From Alphaproteobacteria bacterium (GTDB lineage: Bacteria; Pseudomonadota; Alphaproteobacteria; Paracaedibacterales; JAKBAR01), in contig JAIESS010000017.1 of assembly GCA_019745755.1 (NCBI GenBank), positions 1-27,376 of the forward strand: DNA of 27,376 nt, read 5' to 3'. Position numbers and translations under genes: made by a program. Below the pieces are notes generated by a model. The model worked only from the letters and a program-made list of their open reading frames with translations, ran no database searches and was not told the origin of the DNA. This document shows positions 24,609 through 27,376 of the stretch, piece after piece (positions within the stretch are counted from its first letter, which is position 1; each line of letters starts with the position of its first letter).

Positions 24609-27233
24609 ATGCGCCTTACTGATATTCGTTCCACGTTTTTGGATTATTTTAAAAAACAAGATCATACGATTGTGGAATCAAGCCCCCTTGTGCCGCGCAA
24701 TGATCCAACGTTGATGTTTACGGCTGCGGGCATGGTACAGTTTAAGGATGTGTTTACAGGTACAGAAAAACGGGCGTATACACGGGCGACGTCATCACAA
24801 AAATGTCTTCGTGCGGGGGGTAAACACAATGACCTGGATAATGTGGGCTATACAACACGCCACCATACTTTTTTTGAGATGCTGGGCAATTTTTCCTTTG
24901 GTGATTATTTTAAAGAAGAGGCCATATTTTACGCTTGGGACCTTGTCACAAAGCATTTTCATTTGGATCCAAAGCGTCTTCTCGTTACGGTGTATGCTGA
25001 CGATCATGAGGCAGCAAGCATTTGGAAAAAGATCACGGGTTTTTCCGATGATAAAATTCTTCGTATTGCAACATCGGATAATTTTTGGTCCATGGGAGAT
25101 ACGGGGCCTTGCGGTCCATGTACAGAAATTTTTTACGATCATGGCGAGCATATTGCGGGCGGCCCCCCCGGCTCACCCGATGAAGATGGTGATCGCTTTA
25201 CGGAGATCTGGAACCTGGTTTTTATGCAGTATGAGAAGTTTGCTGATGGGACTCAAACGAATCTTCCTAAGCCTTCCGTCGATACGGGGATGGGGTTGGA
25301 ACGGATTGGTGCCGTTCTCCAGGGTGTTCATAGCAATTTTGAGACGGACTTATTCAAGGCACTTATCGAAGCCTCAAAAGACCTTACGCATAACAGCGGC
25401 ATGCAGCAGTCTCATCAGGTGATCGCTGATCATTTGCGTGCGAGTTGTTTTTTGTTGGCGGATGGCGTTCTTCCAAGTAATGAGGGGCGCGGTTATGTGC
25501 TACGCCGGATTATGCGTCGCGGCATGCGTCACGGTCATTTATTAGGGGCGAAGGATACACTTATGCATCGCCTCGCACCTACATTGATTGACCTTATGGG
25601 AGTTCACTATCCAGAATTAAAACGCGCCGAAAGCCTCATGATTAGCACTCTCAAACAAGAAGAAGAGCGTTTCCGTGAAACTCTTGGCCGGGGCATGAAA
25701 CTCCTTTCGGATGAAGTAAAAAAGCTTAGTAGTGAAGACGCTTTTCCAGGCGATGTAGCGTTTAAGCTCTATGATACTTACGGCTTTCCTATGGATTTGA
25801 CCGCGGACGTTTTACGCGGGGATGGGAGAGCCCTTGATACGATGGGATTCGATGCTGCCATGAATGCGCAAAAGCAAGCAGCACGTGCAACCTGGGTTGG
25901 ATCCGGTGATACAAAAAATGATAAAATCTGGTTTGAGGTTAAGGAAAAAGCAGGGTCAACAGATTTCCTTGGGTATGAATCACTCCATGCCGAAGCCATG
26001 ATCACAGCCATTGTTGTGGATGGAAACATGGTAATGTCAGCGTCACGTTCTGATGTGATAAGTGGCAAGAGCATCTATGTCATGTGTAACCAAACCCCCT
26101 TTTACGGTGAATCCGGGGGGCAAATGGGGGATCATGGAAGTATCGAAAGTCCTATGTTCAAGGGGCGCGTCGTCAACACGCTGAAATTCCTTGATGGGCT
26201 TATTGTTCATGATGTAGGCAATTTAGAGGGCACACTCAAGGTTGGTGATGCTGTGAAGCTGGATGTGGATGATAACCGTCGTCATGGCCTTCGCCAGCAC
26301 CACTCCGTCACCCATCTTCTCCATGCAGCATTGCGCCAGATTCTTGGTGAACACGTCATGCAAAAGGGATCCCTTGTGGAGCAAGATCGTCTGCGTTTTG
26401 ACTTTGCCCACACAAAGTCTATGCTCGAGGAAGAACTGCTCAATGTTGAAAATCTTGTGAATCAGCATATTCAGCAAAACATTGCAACACAAACCCAGCT
26501 AAAAACACCGGAAGAAGCCATTCAAAGTGGTGCCATGGCCCTGTTTGGGGAGAAATACGGTGACTCAGTGCGCGTTGTCAGCATGGGCGATGCCTCGACA
26601 GAGCTTTGCGGTGGGACTCATGTGAATGCTACGGGAGAGATTGGTCTTTTTAAAATTATCTCTGAATCAGGTATTGCGTCGGGGGTACGTCGCATCGAAG
26701 CCGTAGCAGGCATGGCAGCACTCACGTATGTGCGTAGTATGGACGAGCAGAAAAAACTGCTGAGTCATACTCTCAAAGCACCACCAGAACAGATGGTCGA
26801 AAAAGTGACCCGTTTGATAGAAGAGCAAAAATCTCTTCAACAGCAAATAACAGATCTTCGCCATAAATTAGCAGCAGGAGAGAGCACAAAGGAAATCCTT
26901 GAGGTGATTAACAATGTCAAACTCCTCATCAAACATCTTGAAGGCTATGCGACGAAGGATCTTAAGACATTGATGGATACCCTCAAGGAAAGTGTTGGAT
27001 CGGGGGTTGTTCTTCTTTCCAATGTGACGGACGAGGGGAAGGTCGCGTTGTTGCTGGGGGTGACGAATGATTTGATACACAGGTTCGATGCAGGAAAAAT
27101 TATTAGTGAAATCTCTTCTCCTCTTGGAAGCTCAAAAGGAGGGGGGCGTGCGGATATGGCACAAGCCGGCGGTAATGACCCCTCAGGGCTTCCAAAGTGT
27201 GAGGAACGGATAAGGCTAATGCTTCAAGGGTGA
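24609..27233 (+). CDS. alaS: Alanine--tRNA ligase
   Basis: DPTLMFTAAGMVQFK, RHHTFFEMLGNFSFGDYFK, DTGMGLERI, editing-site HSVTHLLH and ELCGGTHV, C-terminal GGGRADMAQAGG. Confidence 0.99.
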   Translation: MRLTDIRSTFLDYFKKQDHTIVESSPLVPRNDPTLMFTAAGMVQFKDVFTGTEKRAYTRATSSQKCLRAGGKHNDLDNVGYTTRHHTFFEMLGNFSFGDYFKEEAIFYAWDLVTKHFHLDPKRLLVTVYADDHEAASIWKKITGFSDDKILRIATSDNFWSMGDTGPCGPCTEIFYDHGEHIAGGPPGSPDEDGDRFTEIWNLVFMQYEKFADGTQTNLPKPSVDTGMGLERIGAVLQGVHSNFETDLFKALIEASKDLTHNSGMQQSHQVIADHLRASCFLLADGVLPSNEGRGYVLRRIMRRGMRHGHLLGAKDTLMHRLAPTLIDLMGVHYPELKRAESLMISTLKQEEERFRETLGRGMKLLSDEVKKLSSEDAFPGDVAFKLYDTYGFPMDLTADVLRGDGRALDTMGFDAAMNAQKQAARATWVGSGDTKNDKIWFEVKEKAGSTDFLGYESLHAEAMITAIVVDGNMVMSASRSDVISGKSIYVMCNQTPFYGESGGQMGDHGSIESPMFKGRVVNTLKFLDGLIVHDVGNLEGTLKVGDAVKLDVDDNRRHGLRQHHSVTHLLHAALRQILGEHVMQKGSLVEQDRLRFDFAHTKSMLEEELLNVENLVNQHIQQNIATQTQLKTPEEAIQSGAMALFGEKYGDSVRVVSMGDASTELCGGTHVNATGEIGLFKIISESGIASGVRRIEAVAGMAALTYVRSMDEQKKLLSHTLKAPPEQMVEKVTRLIEEQKSLQQQITDLRHKLAAGESTKEILEVINNVKLLIKHLEGYATKDLKTLMDTLKESVGSGVVLLSNVTDEGKVALLLGVTNDLIHRFDAGKIISEISSPLGSSKGGGRADMAQAGGNDPSGLPKCEERIRLMLQG

Positions 27234-27325
27234 GTGTTTGTTTATCTCTTCCCCAAACTTTTCCTTGCCTCTATCCCTAAAAAGTGGTTTGAATTCAAGC
27301 ATTAGAGATCTTTTTGTTAAGTTAA

Positions 27326-27376
27326 ATGTGCGGTATTACAGGGTTTTGGACCCGGTCATCTTTTGATAAAAAGGCT
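27326..27376 (+). CDS. Class II glutamine amidotransferase, probably asparagine synthase (glutamine-hydrolysing), 5' fragment
   Basis: Not in the ORF track. Hand translation gives MCGITGFWTRSSFDKKA, open to the window end. MCGI.G with Cys2 is the Ntn-amidotransferase start; the following FW looks more like AsnB than GlmS. Only 17 codons visible. Confidence 0.7.
   Translation, partial: MCGITGFWTRSSFDKKA

Noticed and set aside
24748-25422. 224-aa same-strand alternative-frame ORF inside alaS, and the other short nested or antisense ORFs in the track
   Set aside because: Wholly overlap well-conserved genes, have atypical composition and no recognisable motifs or RBS; treated as shadow ORFs.

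Overview
Alphaproteobacterial chromosomal window (about 40-45% GC by eye). Many orphan exported proteins and compact housekeeping genes suggest a host-associated Holosporales/Rickettsiales-like lineage (inference). Contents in order: the 5' end of nuoF plus nuoE-D-C-B on the minus strand with no nuoA upstream; an Excalibur Ca-binding protein; a low-GC DUF4917/SIR2-like gene; mlaA/vacJ; a divergent type I secretion operon (two ABC transporters plus a HlyD-type adaptor, no TolC); an exported orphan; trmB; a decayed IS5-family element; ychF; a 574-aa exported repeat protein; rpsD; a SAM methyltransferase coupled to holB; a His-rich exported orphan; smpB-dapA divergent from a soluble lytic transglycosylase; another exported orphan; alaS; and the first 17 codons of an asnB-like amidotransferase. 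The strongest signal not explained by the gene list is a repeated promoter architecture. CtrA-type boxes (TTAA-N7-TTAA) with a -10-like hexamer exactly 11 nt downstream sit in front of the T1SS operon and four orphan Sec-signal genes, suggesting a CtrA-controlled secretome/envelope regulon. All calls come from motif recognition by eye; no database searches were run.
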